Positions 27,401 through 42,400 of a stretch of 64,000 nucleotides of DNA are shown here, piece by piece (position 1 is the first letter of the stretch; each line of letters starts with the position of its first letter). The translations under genes were made by a program, and so were the position numbers. Source of the DNA: Phoronis australis (taxonomy: Eukaryota; Animalia; Phoronida); assembly GCA_002633005.1 (NCBI GenBank), contig NMRA01000244.1:364346-428345 (forward strand), given 5' to 3'. The notes beneath the pieces were generated by a model. That model made no database searches. It was given only the letters and a program-made list of their open reading frames with translations, and was not told the DNA's origin.

Positions 27401-30400
27401 TCCCACTGCATCACCATTTGTGGATTGAGTTGAACCATGAATTGCCTCGTGATAGGCCATATTTTGATGTGCTGGTATATATCTAGGTGACTTGAACTCC
27501 AGTGAACTGTGACTTCCTACAGGGGCCCTGGTTGGTGACTGGTCAATTCCATTTCCTACTTGACCTAGTGAAGTAACCAACTGCCTCGACCCAAGAGAGG
27601 TCTGACTGCCCATAGGGGCTCTAGTTGGTGAGTGGTCATAATTATTATCCCCACAACCAACATCGTGACTGTATGAAGCGACCAGCTGTCTTGATCCGAG
27701 TGAAGTCTGGCTTCCCATCCGTGATCTGGGTGACTTCCAAAATGAAGACTGTTCATTGTGGTTATGTGTAGGAGCAAATTTGCCTGATCCTTGCTGCATA
27801 AGAGGTTGACTTAGCTTGAGGTTAAATCTCATCTCACCAGATGGCGCAAACATAGCACTGTTCATGTCATGTTGTGCAGAAGTATTTAGGTTAAAGTTGT
27901 GAGAAGTGCTGCGTCTAATAGCTTGTCTTCTGAAACCTCTGGGCTCTGATTGTTCAGATTTATTCATAGCGTTCATAAAAGCATTTGACGACAAGTTGCT
28001 AGATACTGTTGGATGTGTACCGGCCATGATAGTAATACATCAAAGTCTTTGAAAGGAATTTTTGCCTTTCTAATAATAGTAAATAAGATCGGGCTGGTTC
28101 GCTAGAAAAAGAAAGAAGAAACCATGAAAACATGCACAGGGAAGGTAAACAGAGAGAACTATAATACCAGGGCGATAAATTTGAAGTAATATCACACAAA
28201 GTTCTAAGAAGAAATTTGATCACAAAAATAAACAAGTAATTACTGTTCATGTACTGTAAGGAACAGATCTAGAAAAGATGAACAAAGTAGTTCCAAACAC
28301 TTGAGCAGGTACTAGAAAAACTTAACGTAGAGATATGTGTGCAGTTAATAACTTGTAAAAAGGTTGCAACTATAAGTTTGATGAGTTTGTCAGTGTAAAA
28401 CAAATCAAAGTAAACTGCAAAATGCACACACCACACACTGCAATCAACGTTTTACCTTTCAGTGCAGGTAGCGCCTGTTTGCTGTACAGTCGCTGTTCAT
28501 ACTGTGAAGACAGGGCGTGCTGCTGTTGCAGAAACTGGTGCTGATGCTGTTGAAAATGCTGGTGCTGCGATGGGATGTAGTGTGTAGCCCTCTGGTGTAG
28601 GGGTTGTTGACTTGTAGAGAGATGCTGCTGCATAGGGTACTGTTGGTTTTGGTGGATGAGGTCAGCAGGATATGCTGGGAGAAGCAGTGACAAGGTGGAG
28701 GTTAAGAGCAAGGGATTTGATTGGATGTTCGGATAACATACAGGATTGTATGATAGTAAAACAGTGAAATCAGAGTTACATATTGGTAAGAAAGTAGTAA
28801 CAAAAATGTTATAAACCCCAGCTCTGTAACAAAATGACAGCCCAACTAAGAGTAATTAAATTTAGTTTATCGATAATTATGGCATTTTGAAGACCAAAAC
28901 AACAATCCATAAAAAAACAGAAAAATTCACATCACTTACCAACGCTACTACACATTCAAGTTCTAAAGGCGTGGGATTTAGTAAAGTGGACCCATAATTC
29001 TTAACTTGAGGATAGTTATCAGTTAATTATGTTAAGTCATTTTACCATTCATAACATGTGTACAACCCGGACATGCACCCAAACTTACCTTGTGGGTGGG
29101 ATTGTTGATATTGTCTCACATCCTCACACTCTTTGAATGGTGCGAAGGGTGTGTGGTCCGTATGTAAGGGGGCTAGGGTCTCCGTGGTGATACTTGGATC
29201 TTTGTATATGTGCTCCACAGGGAATGGATCTATGTCATTAGCTAGAGAAACAAAGGTATTAATTATAAAATAATAAGTGCTGCCGGAATACAATAAAAAT
29301 TGTCCAGTCTGGGACAGTGAAAATGAATAATTTTCGTTAAGGTCGGAATTTGCACCAAATTTTGGAAATGTTAAGTTATCAGCAGTCCCATTTTAAGAAT
29401 TATGATCACCGCCAAATGATCATTTACGTCGACGTTACACACTGTGAGGACATGCAGGAACATTTTTGACAATTTTATGAAAAGACAAATCTATCTTAGC
29501 CTCTGAAATGAAATGCAGTGTCTGGTTTCTTTTAGAAAGAGAACAAATAAGCCATAATCCCCTGTGTCCCAATCTTTAAAAAAAAACCCATTTTCACTTG
29601 AATTTGGCTGTCCAAAATTTCAGACATTGTCTCATAGACAAGCTGAATTTATTTTTAATGTAAATAATAGGCTCCACCATCAGTTTTTTTTTTCGTCCAC
29701 AAGAAACAAAAGTTCCCTACAATGAGTTTATAAGCAAGATTCATGCTGCAGTTTCTTAATTACAATCACTCAATCAATGATAACAGTGTGTAATTATAAC
29801 AATGTAATTACAGTGTAATTATGAAATAAAAAAAGATTTTGACAATAAAAGGCATGATCTTGAGCCACTGGTAAAACTCAAAACGTAGAAAATCTTCATA
29901 AAATTTTAACCAAAAACAGGTTAATTCAACTGTAAAGGACATTATGAACGATAAAACAGATCAGAATGCTTCTGTTTTGAAAAACAGAAAGTCACCATTA
30001 TGTTTTTATAGATACCTTGGGCAAGAAATTGGAAGAATTCATACCAACTGAAAATTTAATACAGTTTGCACAGACTTAGGTGAAATTATACTAAATAATA
30101 GAGAAAGCAGCAGAATTTGCTTTAATGCTCTCTTGAGACAAATCACACGAATAATGTATAGTTCACCTGTCCCCAGGTGTTTAATTATTAACTGTTATTC
30201 TGTTGATATTGGTTACGCAGGTATACCCAAGTCATGACACGAACATTCCCGTTCATTACTTCTTTACTGTAGTACAAAGAGTCTGTCAAAGAAATTTACT
30301 ATTACATCTAAAGTATAGGCTGAAAGGAGATTTTTGAAGAACACCTTTGAAAAGTTACCGAAAGTGAAAAGTTTAAATTTATCTGAATAAAACACACTTG

Positions 30401-33400
30401 TCAAACACTAGTAAGCATTCAATTTTTAAAAAAATATACAATATTCAAACTTAACAGTACCATTGAAGCCAAAATTTAACAGACAAAAGTAGCATTCACT
30501 TGCTACTAGTGGTTTCAATCAATGAATAAGAACACCAAACCAAGATGGCATCCATGTACGATGGACTAAAACTTGTAAGACGTATTACAGATGGGTCGCA
30601 AGAACAAAACATTGCTATGGCTGAAATAATTATACAACACTTAAAATGTACTGAAGTGCTTGTAAGAGCCCTGTGATAACTCCCATTGCATATACAATGT
30701 ATGTTCAACGAATACCAAAACACAACTACTAGTCTTTTACTTAAAGTGCTAAAAAACACAAAACTAAACCGTAAGGGTAATTTCCAATGGGAGAAATGTA
30801 CTCTGGTTGTAAATAAGTTTTTTACAAAATTGTACAATATTCTTCAATTTTGTTAATAAGCTAAACGGAAAAGTTTCAATCAAATAATGTAAACTTAAGA
30901 CATATTTTTGAGTCCCATCTCATTCTATGTATTAGCTTCACAGTTTCAACGAAAACTTGTAAATTTTATCAGACCTTTCCTCATTTAACTTTGAATTCTT
31001 ACACTAAGACTGAAATGATTCCTACACAGCTTATTTCGCAGGTTGTCTACGCAGCATGACATATGTGGTCAGTTTACATACAACTTCAAGACCACCCTGT
31101 CAATCCAGTGTACACAGAATCAGCAAGTCTTGACCATCAAGTTAATTTCACCACCAGATAAAAGAAAAATCTACAGCTAACAGCAAATTGAAAATAATGA
31201 AGGTATGAATTCAAGTGAACTGTTTATAATTAAAGTTGACGGTCTTTGCATCATTCACAAAGTGTATAAACACGAGTAACCTACCTAGGACTGTGTCCAA
31301 AAGCCCTCTGAATAAACTTCCTTGCGGTAACCAATGGTAACCACCAAACATAGTTTCACTTATTAATATATGATGACAATAATTTCCTTTACCGAATCCT
31401 GTCATGCAAGATTTCCATGAATATTTAAGAGACCCCAGTCCCTGAGTAACGCCAGAATTTCACAGTTGAAAGTAATCATTCCCAGAACACCACACTTACC
31501 ATGATTTTGCTCAAGGCCGTATTACCAATGAATTCATATGCACCTCAATATTGCAGAGTTCGTTAAAAATGATACGACATTCACTGTTGGATAACTCATC
31601 TCAGAGGCACTACAGTCGAGTTATACTAAGAACAGGCTTTTAACAAAAAACACAGAAGAGCAAGAAAACAAATTAGTGCAAAAGTTTTCAAAATAAAGAC
31701 ATACTGTTAAAGCTTAGAGCAACGTCAACATGCAAAGTGTAGAGAGGTGAGAGCCTGTTAGTACCTTGTGTGTGACCAGGTGGGTGGTCATGTGATGCCA
31801 GTGGTTTTACATCATGGCCTCCAACTGAACCCTTTAACTGGCTATCTTTCCACTTAGAAGTGTTTGGTAGATTTGTGTCTTGGTCACCAGTCTTTATTGA
31901 AGTACACAATCCGGACCTCATCAATGATCCCGTGTTTACGCCATCGTCACCAGCAATGTGAGCCCCAATGGCATGACTTTCATTATTGCAGTCACCAACA
32001 ATGCTTTTAGAAGGGAGATTGGATTGCACATCAGATGGTGGGTCAACAATGGCCCCTGAAACTCCTGATGGTGAATCCACAACCACGACCGACACCCCTG
32101 ATGGATGGTGCCCGTTCTGCGAGGTCACCTCTGAAGACATATTTACTCCACTGTCTGTCACAGTCCTCCCACTAGGGTCGCTTTGGTGAGACAGAACACA
32201 CGTGTTAGGTTTGCCATCAACAATGCCTGGTTCAACAACTGATGACGATTGTCCAATTGCCTCCTCCCCCATTTTGTCACATCCGTCTGCTTCACCTGCC
32301 CCATGTGACCTCACGTCATAAGCACTCTCCACATAGCCAGACCGACATGAGTATGAAGAACTGCTAGAATGTATATCCTCCTCACCAGATTCAACACGTT
32401 CAGACAATAATGAATCCCCCTTCAGCTGGCTTGTCCTAGTATCACAACCACTTGCTACAACACATTCACCCTCAGAAGTTAGCTGCTTCTCATCAATGTT
32501 CTTTGACTTCCCATAATCACAGACTTTTTTAACCCTCCTTCCACCCATCAGGGGATCAGTGGTTTCCTCAAAATGCCTGTCTTTGGTTACAACCTTCTCC
32601 ACCCCACCCGTTGATTTACTTTTTCCACACTTTAAGTCGACATTGCCATCATTTGCCACTGCTCTTTGAGCTGCACGTGAATTGGAATTTGTCTGTGAAT
32701 TTCTTGCCAAACTGTTGTGGGAGGCGACAAGTCTTGGTGATGGTCTAAGTGGTGTACATCCCGTGAGGCTGCTGTTCGCAGCGGTGGTGGTTTCAGGGTT
32801 GATTGAGGGGTACATAGCATGTGGCTCATTATCACCTGGGTGAGACAAATGGTGACAACGTCGAGTGTCATACAAGCAGGCTGTGATGAACCATATCAAG
32901 CATCACACAACAGTTAAGACAATTTATTACAATGTCTATACAATAATGTATAAGTTGTAAGTCATGGTACACATAGGACAGTGCAATAACATAAATCCCA
33001 AGGACAACACATTCTCTGCTTGGCACACAAAGAAAACCTCATTCAGTAAATGAAATCAAGATTGCTGCAGTTTCAATTAAAAAGTGATCGTCTGTCACCT
33101 CTCAAAAAGATGGCAATGAATATATTTTGAGACGAAATCTTGAGAAATTTAAATTAACAAATGAATATAAAGTCAAATGTCTGGGGGCGTTTTGGCAAAC
33201 TGAAGTGCTTGACCCCATTCCTTATCAATAGTTTTAAAAGTTGTGAAAATGACTACAACATGACACTGCCCCCTCCCTCACTGCCCCCTCCCTCACTGCC
33301 CCTCTCCCTAAGTGAAATAGAAGCACACGTCAAGCAGACAACACTGTCATTACCTTGGTCCACACCTGGCATCATCCCTGATCCTTCACTGACTTCAATG

Positions 33401-36400
33401 TATTCACAGTAGAGGTCCTCCTGACCCAACCGTGCTTCCACAGGGGGCAGCACTATATCTGCTGTTTCCAAGGGTAACACTACCTCAAGTTCATTAGACA
33501 TCTTTGGTTTACCACCTCCTGTAACCATAGTTTAATTGCTATATTGATATCTTGAAAGGGTTTGAACATGATGAAACAGAACAGCGTACACTCATAAATT
33601 ACCACACTTTGATAGCTGTTGGTCACCATTAAAGTAACCTTTGACATGGACCACTTGCAATCATGAAAATAGTTTCAAATGGCCCCATAGTCAAATTGCA
33701 GTACTGGGTTTCCAAAGAGCTCATTGCTCGTTATTCCTTGATAGAAGGTTCTACAAGTCGACTTGTCATGGCATGTCATTGTATATACTGAGTATTGTCT
33801 CAAAGTATTACGAACGTCAACCCAGAAATCGCTTTTCATGTGAGACAGGAACACCTGGAGACCAATTTTATTGGTGATAAGTGGTCTAACTTAAATCAAG
33901 AGTTCACTTCTTGAAGAGAACATGGGATTGGAGGCACTAGAAGTCACATTTTGTTTATTTCCAATAATGCATAGTCACCCAAAGTTCTACAACTACCAAC
34001 AGTAGCTCATCAGAACTCCACCTAGTGAGAGAACAATACACTAACAAAATCTCAATACCATACTTCCTTCAAACTCATATCTTGAAGCCTGGAAACTCTT
34101 AAAATCTTGATCAAGCTGCTTGAAAGCCTACCTACCATTTCCTGGTAATGCCATGACAACAAACTTGTATGGGATGTGTAGCTGACAGCCTTCAATAACC
34201 ACTTTACACCTGTTGGTGTCCTCATCTGGTAACACCTACAGAAACATCAAGAACATAATTATCAACAAGCGTGTTAGTAACGAGTGTTGAACACCAGTAA
34301 CCAGAGTTCATATCAGGTGTTCATCATTAGTAATCAAGATTAGAAACAGGTGTTTGTCAATAGTAATCAGTGTTAGTAACAGCAGCTGCTGTCCATCATT
34401 ACTATTCATAGTGACAGGTGTTTGTAATTAGTAATCAGTGTTAGCTAATTATTACTAATCGGTGTTTATCATTACTAATCATAGTAACAGGTGTTTGCAA
34501 TTAGTAATCAGTGTTAGTAACAGGTGCTAATCATTACTAATCAGTGTTAGTAACAGCTGTCCATCATTACTTATCATAGTAACAGGTGTTTGTAATTAGT
34601 AATCAGTGTTAGTAATAACAGGTGCTAATCATTACTAATCGGTGTTAGTAACAGCTGTTCATCATTATCAATCATAGTAACAGGTGCTTGTAATTAGTAG
34701 TCAGTAGCAGGTGCTAATGATTACTAATCAGTGTTAGTAACAGACTAAACAACACATTCAATGATTACCTTGCTGCCACACTGTTGACCATTTAGGTACA
34801 AGACGTATCCAGAGATTGGCTGGACTTGAGTGGACACTGACGTCCAGACTATGGAGAGAGCATCTGGTTCATCTGTTGTCTCCAGGGAGATGACAGGCCC
34901 TCCAGTCTCCGTGGTAGCTGGACACTTCATAAGCTGTAGCACAGCAACATTGGGTTGACTATGAAGCAGCATTGACTGAACTGTGCATGACTGAGGTCCC
35001 AGGAAACTTGATTTAAAACTTCAACCATCACGAGGGAAATTGAACTTAAAATTAACCAGGGCAAATTTTATTAACTAGATTCAGCTTATCTGCAAAAATG
35101 AACAGTCTAAATAGTGCAAAGTCTATGTAAAGCATGTAGAAAACACTATGACCTAAGCGCGCTTAAGTTTTAATTGATAAAAAATTAAAAATATAACGAA
35201 TATTCCATATTCAAAGGCTTGACAAATAAAACTATCAGAAGATTGAACATTTGGCTAAAGTAAGTGTACTCACGCTACATTATCTCACTAATTCAGGATG
35301 CAATACAGGAGATGAAAAATTCTATTTTCTATTTTTCCCCATAAAACATAATACAAGTTTTGAACTGCATCTGCCATAACACAATATCAGTGAAATTGTG
35401 GACAACCTCAACAAAGTTATGCAAAATTGCCGAAGAATTATATTGTACATGATGATTCTTACCAGGTTATTTGACTTGTGTGGAAGAAACATTGGATCGA
35501 AGGAGAAGACTTGGAGCTGAGTGTCATAGGAGGCGCCACCAGCAAGGCCAGCTACAAACACACTATTGTGATGTGCAGGAAACATGGCGCAGTATGATAC
35601 ATTGTTGAATGTGATCTGGAGAGACAGAGAATGAACCGAGTAGTCTTGGAATATAGCAAGATAAACTGGATCGATGCTGCCAAGTGTTTGTGCAAATCTT
35701 TAGGAGTTGAGTGCAAAATGGCCAATTCTTAAAAATTACAAATAAATAAAATCTCACAAATCCGTTTCCTAATCTCCTTTCTATACACACAGTACCCTCC
35801 GTTCTGTAAGGTGACTACACAAGCAGAGGATGCTTTCATGTTTAACATAGAAACAAGTGCGTCATCATTCTGATTCATTATACAATCACTAAGTATTAAA
35901 CTTCCCACTTATATAACCTCATCCTAATATACCAAGGTGCTATGTCTGACTCCAGAATATTTACCCACAATGCAGCACACCAGTAGGAACTTGTCCCACT
36001 GTTTATTTTGATATTCGTCACTCCAATTATAATAGTCTAGTTTTACTGCAACACAGCGAGTTGCACAGCTGACACAAAAAAGACAAGCCCGGCAATGCAT
36101 GATCTATCATGATTCTGTACTAGCCAGGTTCTGCTCAGGCTAAAACTTTAAAGAAATTTGGTCAATCAAAATATGCGTTTTTCAATTTAAGCGGATGAAG
36201 AGAGTTGAATTCGTGTGAAGAGGGTTGATGAATTGCCTTCCCAGGTGGTTTGGTCCACAGGGCAATGAACAAGTCTTCTCACATATCGACAGTTTCTACT
36301 TTTCAAAAAGAACATCTGATCCACAGCGACAAATGCCAACTGACTTGACAGTAAACTTCTATTACCTGATAACCCTTTATGAGATCTAATGCATTTTCTG

Positions 36401-39400
36401 GCGGGAACTCCCAAAATATTTCCATACAACCAGACCCAGTAAAGAATCCTCTAATTGTAGGTACACAAGAGAACCACCGGAGTTGTAAGGCCTGGAACGG
36501 AGAAATGAGAAACTAAAAGTAATGAAGAAACAGTTGAAGATGTAGAGTATTAATTTTAAATTATTTCATGATTTACCACTGACAGATTCAGTTTTACCCA
36601 TCATGCAGTGCATTAGTGTGATTAGATAATTCATTCATAATTTGGTAAAAAATAAACTTAATATATCAAGAAATAACACCAAATGGATGCATTTTGGAAA
36701 AATGGCTTTACAGTGTAATTAGTATTGATCTGTCATTATACAATTCCTCTGGTAGAAACAATGATCCCAGTACACCTGATGTTGCAGGGGGGTCACCCTT
36801 AACAATGATCACTATGCCTGATATTGGGTACCCTTTAACAATGATCAGTATACCTTATAATACCTGGGGGTGACTCTTAACAGTGACCACTTTACCTGAT
36901 CTTGCTTGGGTAACTCAACTTGTTGCTCGCCTTCTTCAGAATGTACCGACTGAGTGTCATTGGACAGAACCCAGAAACGACTGAAAAAAGTCAAACAAAC
37001 AAATTGAATGAAGATGGTTCCACATTAAGTCCGACATCTTTTTACAGGCCTGTATTGCACAGTGCATCAGTGTCAGATTACAAATAAATGTGTGCACCCT
37101 GACAAGTCACGCAAGACGACTGTCACATCTCCACATTTGTCAGAAGCTTCTTGTATGTCATGTTCCAAATAGCATCCACATAAAACTAGTGGTAAGTGCG
37201 TGAAGTGCAACCAGAACAACAACCTTACTCAGGCGTGGTGTCTATAACTAACTGTATTCACACAGAGACACTTAATAACCCTCTGTCACAGTCTGCTCTA
37301 CTTACGTGGATGTGAACACATCACAATTCTAAGCCATGTCATATCTACAGATTCAGTACCCACACCCCCCAGTCTGTCCCCTCGGTCACAGTCCGCTCTA
37401 CTTACTTAGAGGTGAACACATCGCTGTTCTCAGACATCTCGCTCACAGCCATTGCTCGTATAAAGCACAGACCAGACTTGTTCAACACAATCCCTTTATC
37501 ATCAGTATACACCTGGAATGATACAAATAGCACCAAGTAACAACAACGATTTATGCAAAATACTATAATTATTAATGTAATAATTTACAATGAGGGTAGC
37601 CCCATCAGTTCACAGTGCTTTCCATGGGGGCCCTCAGTAAAAACATACAGACAGTAAGACAAACTAACAGCATTACTAATTAAAATGAAAGACAAATATA
37701 TTTAAATAATCAGCAAAGAATAAGAAATTAACATGGAAAGACCGAAGAAACAAAATAAAAAAAAATATTATATTAAAACAGAAGATAATAAGAGTAAGAC
37801 AAGATGATTAACTAAAATATAAAAATAAATATTTAATGAAACAGACAATAAATTAAATGTTTAATAAAAGTAAGACATATCAAATATACACACACACATA
37901 TACACATGCACGCTTATACAACACATACATAAGTACATTACATGCACACCAGCTCCCAGAATAATCTGGGCAGCCCTGGATAACCTGCAGTGGATGGTTT
38001 ACATATCCTTGTCTGATGTAACGCCCCACACCGGGAGGCAATAATCCAGGTGAGGTTGAATGATAGCATTGAAAAGGGGTTTCAGTATTGCTCTGTTAAC
38101 AAATTTACTGATGCGTTTCAATACACCAATTTTCTTAGACATCTTTTTCGAGATATAATCAACGTGGTGAGAGAATTTAAGATTTTGATCATATATTAGT
38201 CCCACATATATAATGGAAGTCACGTTCTCAATTAGACTTCCATCCATATTCAATGAAAGGGTTTGGTTTCTAAGTCTTTGGGACGTGCCAAACAGAAGAG
38301 TTTAGTTATGAACACATTTAAGGATAATTTATTGGATACAAGCCAATCTGAAATAACAGCTGAGATAGGTCTGGATTTCAGAGGAGGTTCTGCCTGCGGA
38401 TAGTATCTTAGAATTTTGGATTACTGAGGGGAGATCAATGACAAAGATGCAAAATAGCAAGGGCCCCAGAATTGACCCCTGTGGGACACCTGTTTTAACA
38501 GATTTGAGATCATAGATATCTTTGCCGACACGGAAATATGCGTTCTGCTACCAATGCTGAAACCATTTGGTTTCGACATCGGCGACCCCATGGACTTTAA
38601 GCTCCTTTAACAAGATAGTATGATCGACTGTGTCAAATACCTTCTTCAGATCAATAAATACAGCACTAGTCAATAATCCTTGATCCATATTTGTATAAAT
38701 ATGGTCAGTGACATCAATGTTAGTAGTAAACTCTACAAAAATTCTTTTGCAAAAGTCAAGTACACATCACACAATATAACTTTATTCTCCAATAATTGCA
38801 TGTTCCAGCAGATTTAATAAGTGTGTATTCCGTCATCTGAATAATAACATTTATTGTATGACCGTAAGATGTCTTGCAGTTTTGATATTTATGGATCTGT
38901 GGGGGATCTGAGTGCCACTTTAAAGGTGTGTTGAAGTGTTGAGTCGTCACTTTTACGTTCAAAGCAATCATATCTACATAGGTTTACCTTAAATTTGTAA
39001 AGAGGTTATCGACTGTCATGCTGAAGTATAAATAATAATAACGTTTTATGTTTATTGTATATTGCTCATATCTTTGTAAATGGTCTTCCATTGGTGAATA
39101 TAATTAATGAGATGCATGACTGTGCAAGGTTACTTTACCTGGTCCAGTAATGTACAGGAATTGAATTAATATCTTCAGTATTTTCGGATTTTCTCTTTGC
39201 AGTTTGCCTACTGATGCAAATGCAAGATTAGAGCGATCCCACATTTTTCTACGTGACGAAATCTACCATGATGGTGTACAAGTTTTCTCGTTATCGACTG
39301 GCACAACACAGAATAATAACGCGGACCAGTTCACATACCTTAACTGAAGTCCCGTGTAACTCTGGCAGAGTTCCATCCACTGTATAATATATTTTAGAGT

Positions 39401-42400
39401 CGCCACCATCACAGTCCAAGCGGACTACACAGTTCTTGTCCACAGTTCCACCTTTCTCCTCAGAGCAGATGAATGGTGTGGGCGTTTTAGGAGCTGTGAA
39501 CAGAAAATATATCAAGCATATTAGACGACAAGAGCACACAAGGACCGTGTACCTCTCATCTTCATTTCTCAACTAATCCCTGAACAAAACGGGACAAGTG
39601 GAGTCTGAATGACAAAGGGCAAAGAGAGATCATGATATTGTAATGTGTTCACTGTTCTGTGACTGACTTTTTTGTCTGGGGATTACGTACAAGAGCAGGC
39701 TATTAGTGATAACAGTCTGAATATAGCAGTATGTACACACTGAGCTCTTAATACTCTAAGACTTACAGTTATGTAGGAACTTATTGACACGTCTACCAAA
39801 GGATTTAAATATCTACAAAACTGTTATGTTCACGGTTGTTAAAGTATAATATTTTATGAAAGTGGAAAGAGTGTAGAATTTGATTTACGACTTTTAATAA
39901 TTCAACAAAAAGAAACATTTAAAGTACATTGATAGCAAAAGAACAGTATCACTAATCGTGATCAAATTTTATGTGATATGTTCAAGGTGAGATCTAAAAA
40001 CCACTGCTTCAGATTTCTAAAATATCATTTTGTTGTTTTATGCAACTATAACTTTTCTCCAAAAAATCACATTGCACCTAAGGCAAAAGTAAAATATTTT
40101 GGAAACAATTCCTAATACAGGGCTTGGAATGACCCATGACAAAAAAGAGGAAATTTTTACGGCCCTAAATACACATTTTAATGTTAACCATACCTCAACA
40201 GATCGAAAGTTACTGTGTCGTGTTAGCAAAATGCACTCATCTTAAGCAGTACCTGACATCTATTTCAGCAACAACAATGGAGGCAATTAGATGCAACAAA
40301 AGTTATTTTTTTAAACTAAAATAATAAAGATAATGATGAAAATTTGCAGTCTGAGTGGCAGGAGATTATTCTTGATTTGCTGCAGGTAGACCTATAAAAT
40401 TATTTTCAATTCTTATAATTACGATACAAAATTACAAAAAAAATGAAAATAGATCTAATTAATATCTAGAAAGCCTGAAATACATTATTACACATTTAAT
40501 TCCAACAAAAAATTTAATTCCAACGCAAATGGAAAAAGTTAAGACGAAAACCTGTGGCTCACACCCCAAATCTTAGCATGGAAAAATAAAAGCCAAAAAC
40601 AACATAATTTAAACTATAGAATGCATCAATCACAATCCTAAGTTGGCCAAGCTTTTCAGTTTCAAAGACTAATTACAGGAGTTAATTGTTCATAAGCGAC
40701 GCTGGTGTAGAAGAAACTAGTATGTGACATAAGAAATAAATACCAGAACACTGAAAATCACAATATGTGATGTCTATGATGATGAAAATAGTCTGGCAGA
40801 ATTTGTAAACAATGGCTTAGAGCAATCAGATCATTCAGAAACTGTCACGTGATCACTTCTCTCGAACTGCAAAACTGGAGTCACAAAATAGAACACGAAA
40901 AATGTCAAAATAAGTTGAAGTACACAAAAGGCAATTTAAAACGCATTGCAGTAATGAAAATAGCATTTTGCATCCCGTTTCAGCGGCACATAGAAAATCG
41001 CACTCAGGCAGTCAGGCCTCGCTTAGCAGCCAACGGCAACGGGCGTGCATGTGGTATCAAACAAAAAAATTTCATACATCACTCACGTCCCACAATTCCA
41101 ATCCAACGAACAACCAGTTACGGTTGAATTTCTTTTCAGGAAGCGTTATTTCTAGTGTTTCATCGTTTTCAGTCGGTCCTCCGACTCCAACTTAGTCCAA
41201 GGCGACTCGCCCACGCACTGCGTAATTGTTCCTCTCTTAAAGTTCATAGAGCACAAAAATTGACTTATGTTGTTTGAGAAGACATTGACAGTTTCTTTTA
41301 TCCACTTTTTCCACGAAATAGTCTCTACTCCACGGTCCCCGAATTTTTGACTGCAGAATAGCACTATTTGTCGCCGCAATTTTATACCAAATGCAGACGC
41401 CATTGATGAACCACGTTACCCCAGGCACAGGCACTTGAATTTATCTGTTACTCGATTGCCTCTGACGTCACTCACTACTAAGAAAGCATGTTTCTTATAT
41501 ATGGTTACGAGTCATCGGGAAATTCGAGTGCCTGTGATCCGCAATACAATTTTCCTTCCTCCGAAACATAAAGAGCAATTTCCGCTTTTCGAGTCGTCGG
41601 TAATGCTGCAGTGAGAAACCACTTTGTCTTGATAATTTTATGGCAAATCCGATTTTTCCGCGGAAGCATAATGAAAATACGCGGAGGGAAGAAAAAAGCG
41701 GAAATCGGCGTTTCCGTGGAAAATTCCAAGCCTTGCTAATAGGCTTTTGAAGAAGGGTACATAAAGCACAATATTTGAAAATTTCATAGGAATCCGATCG
41801 GACATTTCTGTGATGTGATGCTCTGAAATAAGCCAAATTTGGACATTACAAAAAACTAATACAACTCAATTATGAAGTGCTTTATGAATCAAAGGTGAAA
41901 ATAAACAAAATGATAATCTATTAAACAAACAATAAGCCCAACATTAAACATAAATTCTGAAAGTATCCTTTTGCAATTTTAACACAGCCATAAGCAAGTT
42001 GAGACAGCTACCACATGTACAAGGCTGTGCGTGTGAATATTACTCACGATCTGACAGTACAATCACGACTCCAGCATACCCTGGCGCCCCCTGGGAGGCT
42101 ACACCAAAAACGCCCACCTCGTCAAAAGTGTAGAGGAAGCTGTTCTGAGGCACAGGTTTTCCACTGTTGAAAGAGAGGCTACCTTCAACCACGCTGAGGG
42201 GTGCCTTGATTGGTGGAAAAAAATCACGTCATTCAATAAACCAATGATTATTGAGAATGCAATATAGTAATTAAGTGAACAAGGAACAGCATAACAATTA
42301 ATATTAACATTTGTTTTGACGGCAAATCTAAATACTAAACAACCAGCATATACAGTAAAAACATGTTAAAATACTGTAATAATCATGAAGCAACGGAAAC

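Noticed and set aside
31500-31610. Orphan minus-strand donor ATG|gtaagt with upstream AGs
   Set aside because: No stop-free, phase-compatible exon could be built
40840-41850. CpG-rich region with several short ORFs
   Set aside because: No recognisable protein motif; probably a DNA-transposon remnant, but I could not define TIRs
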